This document shows, piece after piece, positions 1 to 15,470 of a stretch of 64,000 nt of DNA. The position numbers and the translations under genes are program-made. The notes under the pieces are model-generated. The model was given only the letters and a program-made list of their open reading frames with translations, did no database searches and was not told the DNA's origin. Numbering within the stretch: position 1 is the stretch's first letter; every line of letters begins with the position of its first letter. The DNA comes from Girardia tigrina (lineage: Eukaryota), in assembly GCA_001938485.1 (NCBI GenBank), contig MQRK01212312.1:1-64000 (forward strand), written 5' to 3'.

Positions 1-642
1 GTTTGCGACCAGCGTTATTCGTTTTTCTTTTGTAGCCGTCGTTATGGTTTTGCTTTTTTGACATGCTTCACATCGTCCTATTACCTCCTTTATTATATCA
101 TTTTGGTTGGTCATTTCATGATTTTCTGCAATATATTTTGTCACTTTTTCCACACTCGCATGAGAAAGCAAAGTGTGTATCTACATAATCATTTCTTCTC
201 TGTTTGATTCTGGTATCCAAACTTTTCCTTTGTTTGTCTTTATTATACCATCTATAATCACAAGGTTTTTGTTTTTACCTGCCTTTATGTTCATCTTTAC
301 TGTTTCCATGACTCCTTCTTGATATTTATATATATCTGTGATATCTAATACGTTTATCCTTCGTGTCTTGACCTTCTGTGTCTTTGCTTCTTCGTGTGCC
401 ATTAAACATTGTGTGCATGTATCACACTTGTTCCGTGATAACATATCTGCGTTAGAATGGTTCACTCCTTTTCGGTATTCTAGTTGTATATCCAGACTTG
501 ATAAATAGTTTATCCACGTCTGAAATTGCGCTGTAATTGGTTTCTTTGTCTTCAGCATGAATGTAATTGCCTTGTGATGTGTCTGCAGAATGAATCTCTT
601 TCCGTACAAATAGTGGTTAAAATGTTGACAAAAGTAATACAT
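1..642 (-). mobile_element. Ty3/Gypsy pol fragment (RNase H end and start of integrase zinc-binding region)
   Basis: ORF 181..642 has F-x-L-x-T-(D>H)-H-K-A-I and YRKGVNHSNADMLSR (Gypsy RNase H C-terminus). Downstream, in a shifted frame, H..L.HA and C..C integrase-type residues follow. Runs off the window edge. Confidence 0.9.
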
Positions 643-3600
643 CTTATATTTTTACAAAAATGTTACCCTTAAATAATTTACATTTTCTTACGAAAATTTA
701 CAAATTTTTAATGTAACCAAATTTTAATATAACCAAATTCTTACGAAACTTAATCATAAAACTAATTAATTTAAATTTACAATAACCATTTTATTAAAAA
801 ATTATTTCTGAAAATATTAATCTGTTAATTAAAATTTATTTAGCTTATTCTATAACTTTTATTAAAATATGTTAATTGTTATTACTGTAAACATATTTTA
901 AATAAGTATTTATTATCATATTTTTACTTACATTGTAATTGTTAATTTATTTCTTTTAAATTTTCAAATTAAAAAAAATAATAAACTATTTTGGCGAAAC
1001 TTAAAACTAACCCCTCATAATTTTTATGAGAGGTTAATTTAAATTTGCAACTCACCAGAATAATTTATTATTTTTTTAATTTAAAAGGTAAAATATTTTA
1101 ATGTTAATATGCTTATTAAATATTTCAAAATTAAAAATGATATAATAAAACAACTATTAAAAAACAAATACGTATTTAAAAATAAAATATGTTTTTAATG
1201 TGTTTTTTAAATATTTTAAAAATTAAAAATGATGTATTAAAAGAAAATCATAAAAAAAATTAAATATCTATTTAAAAATAAAAAAAATCTTTTTAATGTA
1301 TCTATTAAATATCTTAAAATTAAAAATGATAAGAAAACCATTAAATATTAAATATTTATTTATAAATAAAAATATTTTACAGTCATATGAATTTATATAT
1401 TTTAATAGAAGTTATAAAACAATTTTAAATAAATTTTTAGTTATTATGTGAAAATTATTTAATAAATTTGCAAGATTTTAAAAATTGAATCGAAAAAATT
1501 TAATAGATTAATTTGTGGCGAGATAATTAAATTAACAGAAAAAATTGTTTAAATATGTGAATTGTTGTTATATTAATAAATTTTGGTGTTAAAAAATGAA
1601 TTCTGATATTGTTGTTCCACTTCTCACAATCGTTTTATTCAGAAAACGATTTTTCAAACGTTCACTAAAAAACTTATTTAAAGAAAATTGAATATAAAAA
1701 TTATTTAATATTTAGTTAATTAACTTTTATGTTCCAATAATTGATTTTCATTTTCGAATGATGGATACACAACCAACATTGAATAAATAAATTTCAATTC
1801 TGTTAAAAAGCGTTGTGATCTGTATTTGCATGCTGTGGAGGGAAATTTTATCGGTAAATGTGGGACTCTCATAAGTATTATAAAACATATAAGTAGAACG
1901 AAGTAAAAAGGAACAAGGCAGCTTTCTTGCTTCGGATTAACTACATATCCGTCTATGTGTCTGCCAGTTTCTTATAAGATTAATAAAAGTCGGTTAAAGA
2001 TGTCCATTATTCTGAAACTAAAAATTTCCAATCCCCTAAACCTTCATAGTCCCTCTATCACAATAACCCTATGATAAAAGGTTATCAAAATGTAATCATT
2101 AAAAATAAATCGTCAATTCGATTAAAAAATTTTAAAAATATTGAAATAAATAACAAGAAAAAATAATTTCTAACAAGAAAAAAAGAAACAATAAATTTTA
2201 ATTGTTCATAATTCTCCCAAATGAAATTTCCAAGATGATATTTCTGTTTTCCCGGGGACAAAACCGAACAAACGCAAAAAAAAACAAAATAGAGAAAACA
2301 AAACGGACAAAAGAAAAATAAAATTCATTTTGATTTTCAGAAATTTCAAAAACAAATTTTTTCCCTCTTTTTCTTTTTGAGTGATTTCTACACAATTTCT
2401 ATTGATTTTCCGAAGGAAAAATTGGCTGTTATTGATTAAATGAACGAGAGAGCTTGCATAGAACTACATCATGCTACATAAGAAATAAAGGCAGTGCTAG
2501 AGTGAATAAAGCACCAACCAGTTATTATTTAATCGTTTGCTTCATTAAGCCTATTCCTAACCTGCTGTGTCCCTACAATGATGAATACGAGCCGGCTGCA
2601 ATAGCATTAGCTGCGAGCAGAATTTGCTTATAGCAATTAGGCAAGACTATTGATGCTTGCCTATTTAATTCGTGTCAAAGTTAATAGTTCCTCTAATTGA
2701 CTGATATCCGCGGTTATTAATATTATCTCCACGCAGAGCTATTATCCTCGCGCTTAGCTCTGTCAGCAAAATAAATTGTCAATATCTTCATCTTATTGTT
2801 CTAATTTTCATCATTATTACACAGCTGCAATTGCAATAAATTATCAACATTTACATTAGAAAGCCTTTATATTTTCGTAATATCAATGTGTAAATTTACT
2901 GTCGTGATGAATCTCGGGTAATTGACGTCCCCTAATTCATTCAATCGTTTTCGTTTTTTTTTCTATTCTTCAATTATCTTTCTAAAACATTTATTGTTTT
3001 TTTTATTTAAGAAATTTTTTTTCGCTAATTTCACAAAAAAAATTAACAATAAAAAACATTTTTAATTTTTGGTTATTTTTGGAATCAAATAAATACATTA
3101 ATAAAATTAATTATCGTGAGATTTGGAAATAATTTGCTTTTTGAATTAATTGGATTTTTTTTAATTTAATTTTTAATAATAATAATAATAATAATATTAA
3201 TAAAATTAATAAATGGATTAAGAAAAAAATATAATTTTAAATAATTTTTCTTTGAATTTTTATGATTGGAAAAAGAAACAGGAAAATGAATATTCCATTC
3301 GAATTGAACGCTCGCGATAGAGGAATCGCTGAACAAAATCTCGCTCAAGGGTGTACAAAAGAAGAAAGAAAAAATTATCTAAAATTATTTTATTTATTAA
3401 TTAACAGTTTATTTTTTATTGAAAATAATCAAAACAATTTTTTTTGAAATAAATTTTTGAAGATTTTTTGTATTATATTTCTTTGGATGGACTTCTTTAG
3501 TTACCACCAATAAGGTTATAATTTAATTCTATAATCGTTTTTTTTCTTGAAAAAATTATTTTTTCTTCATTATCCTCTCTATAGAATATAATTATAATTT

Positions 3601-5958
3601 CCTGAATATTACTAATAGTATTTTTGTATTATTCTTTTAGATATTCAAGATTGGGCTGTGGGTCTTTAGATCTCACATATTATATTCCTCATGATTCCCA
3701 GTCCATTCTTATCAAGGGAATTAATATTATTTTTTTTGTTTTTACTAATTTACTTTTTATTATTTTATTTTTTTTCAATTTTACTTTTTTAAAATTTTAG
3801 TATTTTATTTGATTATAACGATTTTAAGAGTAAGAAATACATAATTCATTTAAGTTAATTTAAAAAATATTGATTTTTAACCTATATATATTTATAAAAA
3901 AACAAACAGAGCTAGAGTATTTGAAATTGACTCAAATGTGTAACTAAATAATAATGATTTAACGTCATTCTTATGACTTGAGTAATAACGGACCTAGGTT
4001 AAAACGGACTGGACACAATTCCCCATATATGTATGAATTAAAAGGCGATAGTCATACAATTAATTTAATGTACTTAAGACTTCATTCTCCAGATGTACTT
4101 CAAAGACTTGTGTCATTCTCTGTAACATATGACAATCTGGATTCATATGAATGTAAAACATATCCCACCGATCAACTTCTAGGTGAGAATTATGATTAAG
4201 ATTATAATAATAAATGAAAGTAGATATTACTAAAACCTTTTAAATGGATTTTGCTCACGTATGAACCATTTGAAAATGTACTTCTTTCCACCAATTTACA
4301 TGAAAATATCCAATGGAACATACAAAATCTGTTTGGAATAGGCCACCAAACCATGCTACAATAAAAGTTCATTTATCATTTTTTATTAAAATTATCATTT
4401 TTTATCATTTATTCTTCTATCTATCTTATCTCGAAAGAAACTCAATTGAATGACAATTTCTGTGCTAATTTTATTCGCTTTCGTTATTGTAAATAATTAT
4501 ATAGAAAAAAAGGATATATAATTTAAAAGAAAATAAATGAAAAGTCAAAAAATACGATTTTCATGTTTTGTTTTAACGCTTCAAAAAAGATTCCCGCATA
4601 CGTGACTGATAGGCACTTTTTTTGAATTTTGTAAATTTGTAAATTTGGCTCAAGTTTGTTTGATTTTATCGATTGCGTTTTTAGAGTCGAAATTTCAAAT
4701 TGTAAAATGATAAATAATTCTTGTCAATAACCGATTTTTGATTTGCTATGAATGAATCGTGTGAATGGGTGATTTCGATTTGCTATTAATGAGCTTGATT
4801 GTTGTAAAAATAACAATATTAACCCCGCGTTATGATGAGAAATAATACTGTTATTTTTACTTATGAATGAAATTCTATAAAATGAGAACAAATCGGTTTT
4901 AACAACGATATGTTTAATCGAAACAGTAAAAACTTACATTAAAAAACACAATGTAGGTACATATAGTTAATGACAATGACAAATGATTTGTATCCAAATG
5001 TTATCGTCGTCGGAGATTGAATTGAAATTGGGTTGAAACAGGTTGAATGTATTTAACAACAGGGATTGTCGAATTATAATAATTAACGCGAAATTTCCAG
5101 TCGCTTGGTAAGTTACATAATATTGTTTTTTATTTATATCCAAAATCGTTTATTTTTATTGATCGATTTTTATTCATTATCATAATCATAATAATAATAA
5201 TTGTTATCTCTTCTTACTTTCTTAACTTTATATCTTTATATTTAACTTTATCTTTATATTCTTCTCATAATGTATATCTTCTTCTCTTTCAAAACTTTAA
5301 GAGCCTTCAATTTCTTGAACGCTTTGGATAAAAATAAAACATAACGCGAATCCACTTGTAAAAATTTCAAAATACATAAAAATAAATTACGTCACAAAAA
5401 AGACAAGGCACTTTAACATAACTAAATACATGACTATTAGAATCGCCAAATAGAAAAAAAACGGTATGTGTTCTGTGAGGTTATTACAATTGTTATTTTA
5501 TCTGATGATAGTTTCCAAAAATAAATGTTCCATATAGGATGCATTTATTTTTATTTTGGTTAACGTAATTTGGGTCTTATCATCAGAAATGATAAATTGT
5601 ATATTATATATCAAATTATATATCAACATATCTTAAAGGCTCAATATTTACGTTATTTCTATTGGGATTTGTCGTCAGTTCTCAGTGGCGAAAATTGGCA
5701 TGTCCTCACAATTATTATTTTTCTGGTGACAATTCTGAACTGACATAAGAATAAATGAAGTGATCCAAAATTACTAGATTTTTGCAATTATAACGATGAT
5801 AAGATGTCTTCAACGCTTATGAAAACCCTGTGCTATTTTCTTATAGTTAAATCTCCAGGTTTCACTTCAGGATTCATAATATCAACAATCTTTTTTTTTA
5901 ATATTTACAATCTTTTTTGAATACTTAAACAAATTAATAATCACAACTTTGTCCTCTG

Positions 5959-6095
5959 TTATAATTCGTTATTTACTTTTTTAATCCACTCAATTCTTCG
6001 ACGAATTATGTTTCCATCTTTCAAATTCTGTAGTTTCAATTGGTGTGGCGATATATGTCTTAAAATTTGGTACGGTCCATCGAATGGGAATGAGC
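5959..6095 (-). mobile_element. Gypsy integrase C-terminal (GPY/F) remnant
   Basis: FDGPYQILRHISPHQLKLQNLKDGNIIRRRIEWIKK in ORF 5959..6183. Confidence 0.6.
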
Positions 6096-6921
6096 TCATT
6101 ACAATGAGACTGATCCACTGCTCGGCCCTGTTACAACGGTCCGATTCTCGGGGCAACTTGAAGGTCAGGCGGATCATTGACAAAGATTGAATGAATGCGA
6201 AGTATTTATAAGTTTATGGAAAATAAAAAAGAATAAATAACAACCAATTTAGTAATTTATAAAAGTTTTTTGTCATAACTATTGCAACACAGAAAAATAA
6301 TGATTCCTAAGGGGTTTGAGTCTTATCAAAGACGCAATTAAAATAAATTTTAACAATGATTACACAAAATAAGTAACTTTCTATACTAGATAGAGTTTTT
6401 TTTACATATCAGAAAAGCCTATGACGGAACATAAGTACCTTAAAATACTACGCAGATGCACCAGAAAAATATCACACAGGAATTTAGGAAAATCTTAACA
6501 ATTGTTTGAAACCATTTACGTTTGATAATAATCTGAATCGATAGAAACGTGTTCCTCATGCGATTGTTTAAAAAACTATTAAAAAATCATATTTTTTAAT
6601 ATTTTTAATAAAATTTCACTTTTATTGATGAAAACATTGTGAACCAGTGACTAGTTAAGTCGTCCTTTCACACGTCGGTGAATGTCACACGTTTTATCGT
6701 ACATGTACTTGAATACAAAAGTGAGACTCAATTATGCTAATATTGGATTGAGCTTACACGAGACCAAGAAAATAATTGGGAAGATTAAGATTATACAAAT
6801 TACATTTTGAAAAGGATTCAGAATATTTAGGAGTAGTATTTATAAGAGTATCTAAAATATTACAATAGTGTTAGTTAAATCTACAGTGTAATCGATTTGG
6901 CTAATCGAAAAACTACAAAAA

Positions 6922-7360
6922 ATGAAATCTAGTATTATCGAAAAATCTAATTGTGACTGGTGTAAAAACTCGTACATTAGTGAGACAAATCGTCATCTCA
7001 AAATATGGATTAATGAACACTCACAGTCGAATAGATCAAGTAAGGTTCTGGATCACTGCAAATGTTGCAAAGATAGAACTATATCAATTTCAAAAGATGA
7101 ATTTTCTATTCATCATAAGATTTTTTTATTCACATTATGCAAGGCTGTACTGTGAATCATTACATGATTTGCATCCAAAATAGGAAAAGCAAAGCACTCT
7201 CAATATTAAATATTTTCAATTCATTTATGAAATTTAAAAAATAATAATTTAAATTTTCATCCAATAAGTTTAAATAAATTAACAATAAAACAGTTTCTTC
7301 ATAATTTAAGTACTTTATTTTTTTGATGATGATCAATGATGATCAAAACATGTACAATGA
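6922..7360 (+). mobile_element. Penelope-like element remnant (GIY-YIG endonuclease and degenerate hammerhead motif)
   Basis: CDWCKNSYISETNRHLKIWINEH matches the PLE C..C...YIGET.R.L..R..EH motif. A degenerate (C)TGATGA-GATC..GATC-(G)AAACATGTA core lies at ~7323-7354. Confidence 0.75.
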
Positions 7361-8724
7361 CAATAGTTAAAATATTCTTTATCAAATATTTATTCATTTA
7401 TATTTCTATATACATATATATTCTTATTATACATCATGAAATTTAGATACTGTTTATATATAAAATGTAGTCAGTTTATCTGCCTCTCAGAAGTCAGTTT
7501 AATCAAAGGTCAGTCAAGATTGAACTTCTCAAACCATTCGCTTTACTGACTGCTCAAATGTGATGAAAAACATTCACCTCTAAAATAACTATTGATGTTC
7601 GAAAGCCTTATATTGCCTTCAAGTCATTAAAACAGATAATTATTACTAAATAATTATTAGTGACAATTATTTTTAATAAAATTTAAAGTAATAAACGTTC
7701 TTTACGACTCTTCCTGTACAATAATTGCTATTTAAACCCTCTTTTCAACTCACTTCTTTCAGGTTAGTTTGTTTCAGATGTTTTAGTACAAAAAGTTCTT
7801 AATAGTTTTTTACAATTTTTCTTATCATAACTGTTTTTTTTAAAATGCATTTTTCAATAAAAATTAACTTTTAAATCATTAATGAAAGAGTATAATTATA
7901 GTAATCATTTTACATTCAAATAATGTATTTCTTTTATTTATTTTTATGAAAAGATGAAAGAAATAGGAAAATAATAATAAAATAAATAAAATGAAAGATG
8001 ATCAATAAAATATATAAAAATAATTCAATGCAAATCTAAAGGAAACATTTGTTAGAAAAATAATAACAAAATATAAATGAATGTAATAATTTATGTGATT
8101 TCTATGTAATTTTTATTAAAAAATATTTAAAGATATTACTTATAAATTATATATTCAGATTGCGCAGAATCGAAACATTTACGATGAACTAACATTAGAA
8201 AAGAAATAATAAAGGGGTACATCTGTAAAGGTTAAGGAGATGACCAAATAAAATTATACATAATTCTCAAAACTAAAACTTAAAATAATATATAAATCGA
8301 TTAAAATTTATTCTAAAATAATACACATTGTAAAAATAGCAATTCTTTACAAAACATTTCAAATCTTTTCTAATTTAACATTGAATTAATTTATTTTAAA
8401 ATAATATTCATTTTAAAATTTAGGAAAACATTTTATTCTACAAAATTCAAAATTACTTATTACTCAAATTTATTATTTCTAGAAATTATATACTATAAAA
8501 TATATTTATTTTCAATTAAATTAATCTTTAAATCAGAATTTAATATTAAATATTTTCAAAAAAATTAAAATAATGATTAAAAATTTTGATAATTTCTAAA
8601 TTATTATAATTTGTCAGCGAAAAGAAAACTAACTAACTCCTCATTAAGGGAATGGATTATTGATTTATTATTGGATAATAATAGTGTTTCTTATAATGTG
8701 TTAGTATAATACATGCGTGGATTC

Positions 8725-8760
8725 ACCTGATGATGAAATTGTTATCTCGAAACGCGTCGT
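8725..8760 (+). ncRNA. Minimal hammerhead ribozyme motif (Penelope pseudo-LTR type)
   Basis: CTGATGA (8727), imperfect stem II GAAAT/ATCTC, then GAAAC GCGTC with palindromic ACGCGT stem III. Stem I is weak. Confidence 0.55.
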
Positions 8761-9935
8761 CTTATTTTTATTAAATGTATATATAACAAGTTTGATTAAA
8801 GAATGAAATTCAGATCTAAATGATTTTCAAAGAAAAAATCGGTTGTTTACCATTGATCGAAATCATCATTTCCAGAGTCTCTGAGAACATATTTTTATTA
8901 GAAATCTGAAATCATTTATTATTTACCAGCTGGAATGAAAAAAATCAAAAGTATTCATTTGATTAGAAACTTGACCATTATCCAATTATTCCATCCAACT
9001 TTCCAGACCTATAAACGTTTTAACCGATAAAAACAGAAAAAGAATGATGCGAATGACACTGACGATTGTTTGCACTGGAACACCTAGAGCTTCGTCATCT
9101 TTATGATGTTCAAAGAACAATATTTATCAAAGTGATGATATCAACAAAAATACATTTCATTAAATAAATTATGTTACTTACTTTGACATGTTTCTGAAAA
9201 CCAGAAGTGTGAATACTATTCACTGAATAGTTATACAATGTTTTCGGTTTATTCTATAAATAGTGTATTATTGTGATTAAATGACAAAAAGATCGTTGAA
9301 GAAAGATAAATGAAAAGTAAATAACCTTTCAGTTTGACTGAAATCTTGTTTGAGCAACGAAATTAGATGTATATTATTTTTGTTTAGTGTATTAAAGTCG
9401 ACATGTGTCCGTGAAGAATGTCATCTAGAATCATTGGCACAGTGAAATGACATCGGTCATTCCTGTAAATATACCCTCGGAAAAATAGAAAATAAAGCTT
9501 TAAATTTCAGTTGTTATAAATGGTTTAGATGATGAATTAATCGATGAAGATCAGTCTTGGCCTAGAGGATAAGAGTCTACAGAATGCATGAACATGGAGA
9601 TAACAGATTCTTAATCAAGACAATGATGAAAGGTTTGCCGGCTTCGATAGATCAATAAACTCCCTGAAAGACTTTCAAAAAATTGATTTAATAAAAGCTA
9701 TTTGAAACAGTTTTTCAGTAGAAAACCTTTTTGGATATTTGTGAAAATATCATATGGGCTGTCTAATAAGTTCCCGGAATTGTTTAAAAAAATGTTTAAA
9801 AAAATTGTTTAAAGTATACAAAATTTATTTGAATATTGTTTATAAACATTTTATCTAAACTTTTCGCGGTATAAATAACAAGTTTATCTCAGCTGTGAAA
9901 ATCACTATGCTACAAACTTACTAATTAAATACATA

Positions 9936-11200
9936 TTGGGTTGACCAAAAAGTCATTGCGTTTTTTACTAAAATATTTATTATCAAAAAATGACATGGAT
10001 GCACAAATATTTTTACACGATATATATATCCATTATTTTCAATCACTTTCTTCCACCTTTCCGGTAGCTTCATTATTCCTGATTCATAAAAACCTTTGCC
10101 TTTGTCAGCAAAAAAGATGTCTAGGAACGATTTGATGTCATCATCACTGGCGAATGTTTTTTCTGTTTAAGGAATTCTGCAGTGATCTAAATAAGTGAAA
10201 ATCCGATGGGGTCAAGTCTGGAGAATACGGTGGGTGCGGCAAAACCTCCCAACCCAGTGATAATAGTTTCTGGTGAGTGGTCAAACTTGTATGCGGTCTT
10301 GCGTTATCATGCTGAATTACAACTCCTTTTCGATTTGCCCATTCAGGACGTTCCTGTTGAATTGAATGAGCCAATTTCTCCAGCTAACCACAATATCTGT
10401 CTGAATTGATGGTTTCATTCCTCGGAACGAATTCAAAAAGCACAATTCCTTTAAAATCCCATCAGACGAAAAACATAACCTTTTTTGGTGAATTACTGCT
10501 TTTGGGATCGTTTTGGCAAGCTCACCACGTTTTGTCCATGATCGTCGGTGTTCCACATTGTTGTTAACAATCCACTTTTCGTCACCCGTAATGAAGCGCT
10601 TCAAAAATGGATCACTTTGTTCTCAATTCAAAAGGGAATCGCAAATGTCTATACGTTTCACCAAATGAAATTCTTTCAGTTCATGTGGTAAACACATATC
10701 GAGTTTACTGGCAAATCCAAGTTTCTTTAAATGACTTCCAACACTTGATTTTGATATTTCCAGAGTCTCTGCAACTTCTCTTGTCGTCATATGTGGATTA
10801 GATTTGATCAGTGCTGTTATTTTGTCGCTATCAACTTCAACTGGTCGACCGGAGCGTGGTGCATGTTTCAGATGAAATTTTTCAGAACGAAATTTAGAAA
10901 ACCAGTATTGACACTGTCGAAGTTTTAAGTAGTCACTACCATATACAAAACATATTTTCTTATGAGCTTGCACAGCGGTTTTCCCTTTGCGAAAATAATG
11001 CAACAAAACATGACGAATATGCTCATTTTGATTTTCCATTTCGAATTGACGGTAAAGTAATAAATTAAAACAAAATCAATTAATATTTTGTATAAACAGT
11101 CTGAAAATTGAGGTTTCAGAATATATAATTGAATTTAAATTTTACCACATCGTTTTATATTTTCAAGCTTTTTATTTTCAATGACTTTTTGGCCAACCAA
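9936..11200 (-). mobile_element. Full-length but pseudogenised mariner (DD34D) transposon
   Basis: TIRs TTGGGTTGACCAAAAAGTCATTG / CAATGACTTTTTGGCCAACCAA with TA on both sides, ~1.27 kb. The broken transposase (11039 down to ~10020) retains an HTH region, PRSGRP, (W>C)LPHEL, TGDEKW, HDNARPH and YSPDLTPSDFHLF. Confidence 0.95.
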
Positions 11201-13386
11201 TAATAATTTATATTTTAATCTCATTCTTTTTAACAATATTTAAGCCAATCTTTCATTCGTTTGGTCACCCCATATTTAATACATTCCCATATTTTATCAA
11301 TAATTTGCTTTTTTCGGAAATGTAATTATACTTTTCTAATAAAAATAATTAAAAATTAAGGAACGATAAAATATTTTAAGGAAAAGTGACTTTTGATGTA
11401 ACTAAATAAAAACGAAAATGATGATCGTTGCAATTTCCCGACATCTTTCTTGATAACAGGTCTCGTTCAAGGAATGTGATCTCGAAGCTGACAATGAGTT
11501 TGTTGGTGATAAAACTTACTCCTCACAAAAGTCTTTCATAGAAAGATTACAAAATAACTATGACGGTGTTGGAGTTGTTTCGACAGAATAGGAATTTTTG
11601 AATTTAATAAGAAATTAGGATGCAAAGAAATTTAACTAATTACTACAGAATATCCTGAAAATTAAATTATTACTTAAAATCAATATATTTATAAAACTAT
11701 TAAAAAAAAGAAGTCCAGGGTTTATCGTTAACAAGAAAAGTTCCTAAGAAGTTCAAAGATTTTGATAAAAATTAAATTAAAAAACAACAATTAATTATTA
11801 AAAAATTAATGTTCTTTAAATAATGTCAATTTTTTTGAAAATTGAAAAAAAAGTAATTTTGGAAATAAAAATTTATAATCGATTTTCGTTTTATTATAAC
11901 TGAAGGCATTGTGGTAATTTTTATTCTGTTTAAGTGATTGTTGTTCGGGCTCATGAGTTTTAATTCTGGTTCTACGATTGATGAGCCCAGCGATTCTAAC
12001 AGAAGGTACTATTAAAATCTCGGTATTATTATTGAACATATAATAATATATTATCGATACATATTTATACAGTTAATACAATATTACTCAAATTATCTCA
12101 TTAATTAGAGTTATTCGTTTACTCTAATTTTGTGGAAAAAAATATTATTATTAATACAAATAAAACAGTAATCATAAGTTCACAATATTGTTCTTCCTAA
12201 TTGATACTATACGGAGGATGTTTCTTGCTTACCACAGATAATTATCACGCAGCGTCTTTATATCCACCCTAATTAAAGATATCGGAATTTTTTAGGAATA
12301 AAATAATAAACAGTTGAGTTTTCAATCACAACAACTTATGTTATTATATCCTAATTAATTGTGCAACACAAATTAATCATAAAAGGTAATGTTATTAGCC
12401 GATTAGACAAGTAATCTGTTTTAGGCTATATTTTACTGAACATAATCGCTATTTTGCTCGAACTAATAAAGCAGCTTATTTGAGCGCTTCGGGCGACTTC
12501 CTTTATTGTAAGTAACAATTAAACCGTGATTTTAATTAGTTAATTAGTCTTGACTGAGTTCATTGCAATCTCTAGAAGAATAAGAATGATGTTTTCACCA
12601 TCTCTTCTGTCAGAGTCGTTCTGCTTGATTACCTCACAGAATCATCAGTTCCATCACATGAATCTTGTTATCGGGCATGCTAAAATTTTAATGAATTAAT
12701 TAAGTATTTTTTCAAAACAACTATTAAGCAGTAAGAGTAATATATGTATCATTATTTATTTATTTATATTTTTTTATTTAATTCGTCAAAATAAATTCCA
12801 TTTAGATTCGTTGATAAAACCTTACGTAAAAATTTAATTTCAAAAAAATATGTATAAAAATTAAAAATTAATATTATGTAAAATGTATAATTTTTATATT
12901 AATTAAGATAAAAATATTTTTTTTAAAAAAAAATTAATTTTGAAAGAAATAATTAATGAATTTATTTTCGATTTAATCAGTTTGAAATTTGTTTTTTTAT
13001 AAATTATAATTATTGAATTTCTTTATTGATTATCTCGTCATCAAATTTGAAGTTTGAAGTATTATTAAAAATAATAAAAAATAATTATCAATATCAAAAC
13101 CGAGGGCGGTGTGACAGGATATAAAGAAATATAAATTATTTTGTGAATATGTTTTCTTTAAATATAATATAATATCATAGAACGTATTTTGATGAGTTTC
13201 CTTAGGTCATCATCATCAATAATAATGCTAAAAAAATCAATAGTCATAATAAATCAAAAAATAAAATGTTAAAAGTAAAAGATAAAAACTAAGACACATG
13301 TTATTAAAATTTTGTATATAATAAGTAGTACGAAGCATTAAACCTTTTACTAAACTGCAACGGAAAGAAGTAAAAACGAATATATA

Positions 13387-14190
13387 TTAGGTTGGTCGAA
13401 AAATAATGGCGGTTTTGGGACACAACCTTCAAAGACGTGCAAATTCACAGAAACAAAAGTTTATTAATCAAAGTATGAACCGTTGGAATCAATAAATTTT
13501 TGCCAACGAGAAACAAGTTGTTTTATTCCATCAGCATTAAATGCATCGGCTCAAGAAATGGATCGTTTTTATTGCGAAGATGATTGGCAGAACAAATTTC
13601 ATAGCGTCGGTTCTTTTGATTTTCATTCAAATCATGTGGAACCAATTTATCAAGTTTTTTGATTTTTCCAAGTTGTTTTAAATGATCCAGGACTGTTGAA
13701 TGACTAATACCCAACCCATCTGCAAGTTCTCTGATTGTTGTACGGGGAACTGTTTCCACCATTGTCCTCAAATTGATGTTGTTCACAGCAACTGGACGAT
13801 CACGACCTTCGTCATCTTCAAGGTTTTCATCTCCATCAGAAAATTTTCAGAACCATCGTTGCACTGTGCGCTCAGAAGCTGTTCCCTTGCCAAACACTTT
13901 ATTGATATTACGAGCCGTTTCTGCTACTTTACGACCCAGTTTAAATTCGTACAAGAAAATTGCTCGAATTTTATTTTTTTCCATTATTAATTTAGCACCG
14001 TAAATATTCTAAAAAATAACAGCAATATGNNNNNNNNNNNNNNNNNNNNNNNNNNNNNNNNNNNNNNNNNNNNNNNNNNATAAGATTTCAAATAATATCT
14101 AACACTAATGCATTTAAACTTATATACATATCAAAGTAGATAAACAAATTATAAAGCTCAAAAACCGCCATTATTTTTCGACCAACCTAA
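13387..14190 (-). mobile_element. Internally deleted mariner (catalytic domain lost)
   Basis: Perfect 30-bp TIRs (13387-13416 / 14161-14190) with TA TSD. The N-terminal DNA-binding part (LVPHDL...NDPFLE) is joined directly to the C-terminal GIKQLVSRWQKFIDSNGSYFD*. Contains an N gap. Confidence 0.93.
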
Positions 14191-15470
14191 TATAATAAAG
14201 TATAAATTAAAAAACATCGATCATTTTTCTGTTACCCTTATTCAATCTTAGATTATTTGAGATTGTTTACATTAGTTTTTGATCGATTTTTTTTAAACAT
14301 TACGGAAAAAGATTAGATCATTTTGGATTGCTAAGGTATTTTGGGGCTAACGTTGAATGACCAATACAGAGTGCTTTATAAAGTGCACCAGATCTTCGTT
14401 AATGGGAGCTTTATATTTGAAATAAAATTTGCTATTGTCATTTGTTATTTGGTAAGTTCTCGGGGATCAAATTGTTTTGTGATTTTTAATTGTCCTTTTA
14501 TTTTTTTCGGTTGATTCCGATTCAGAGGGAGGCGTAAATCTGGATGCCATGCCATCGTAGGGACTGGAATAGTGTCAGAGAGAGAATGAGGAGACAAAGC
14601 AGGAGAATTTGCGAATAGAGCGATTTTGTGGTCTGTTGTGATTTTGAAGGGGCGTGTAATGAAAAATCGTCAGTATTTTGTTTTTAAAATAAATTTAATA
14701 GTTATTTTGTGAATTTAACTTTTATTAAAATGTTGTGATTCTAATTTTGATTGTAAATTTTTTGTTATAATTTTAATTCAAAAGAATTTGTATAAATTTA
14801 GAAATAATATTTTGCATTATTTAAATGCAATAATCTTTATGTGGTTGAATTTTGTAGTAAATTTGTAAACAGAAATTAGTAAATAAAGATTATGATGAAA
14901 AATTTTAAGTTTGATTTTAATGGTAAAATATTTTGTTTTGGATATGAGAAAAATGCAAAGGCTGGGTTTAGCAATTCCCTGGCTCATCGGATCGACAAGA
15001 GAGGCCTAGCTCAGTGTGGTAGTCTCGGGGAGCGGACCACACAGAAGGAACGAGTGTGACAAGAAGCTGTTTTTTTCACAGTTTTCAAGACAAAGACGAA
15101 TGATCACGGTGGTGGAGAGTTGCAATGGCACTGCGCAAGCTGCTCTGCGATCAATAATTGTCTTTTAACCATAGCTTTTTGGTGACAACAATAATAATAG
15201 TGACTTAGAAAGTTTTCTTTTCATAATTGAAATTGATTGAAAGATACAACAGTGATTCCGAAAAAAAAAACAATTTTATTAGAAATAATAACAGCTTCCA
15301 AAACTACAGTAATAAATCGATAAAACAACTAAATGACTTCCACCCTAATTTTTTTGTAAAATCTTTCAATAAACAATTTCATTAATTATAATCAATAATA
15401 TATAATTTTTGATTATTTTCTGTGAAATAAATTTTTAAGACCTTGTGAACCTTTAAATCGTGGACTGACG

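Noticed and set aside
9754-9790. Mariner-TIR-like sequence GGGCTGTCTAATAAGTTCCCGG
   Set aside because: No partner TIR or coding remnant was found.
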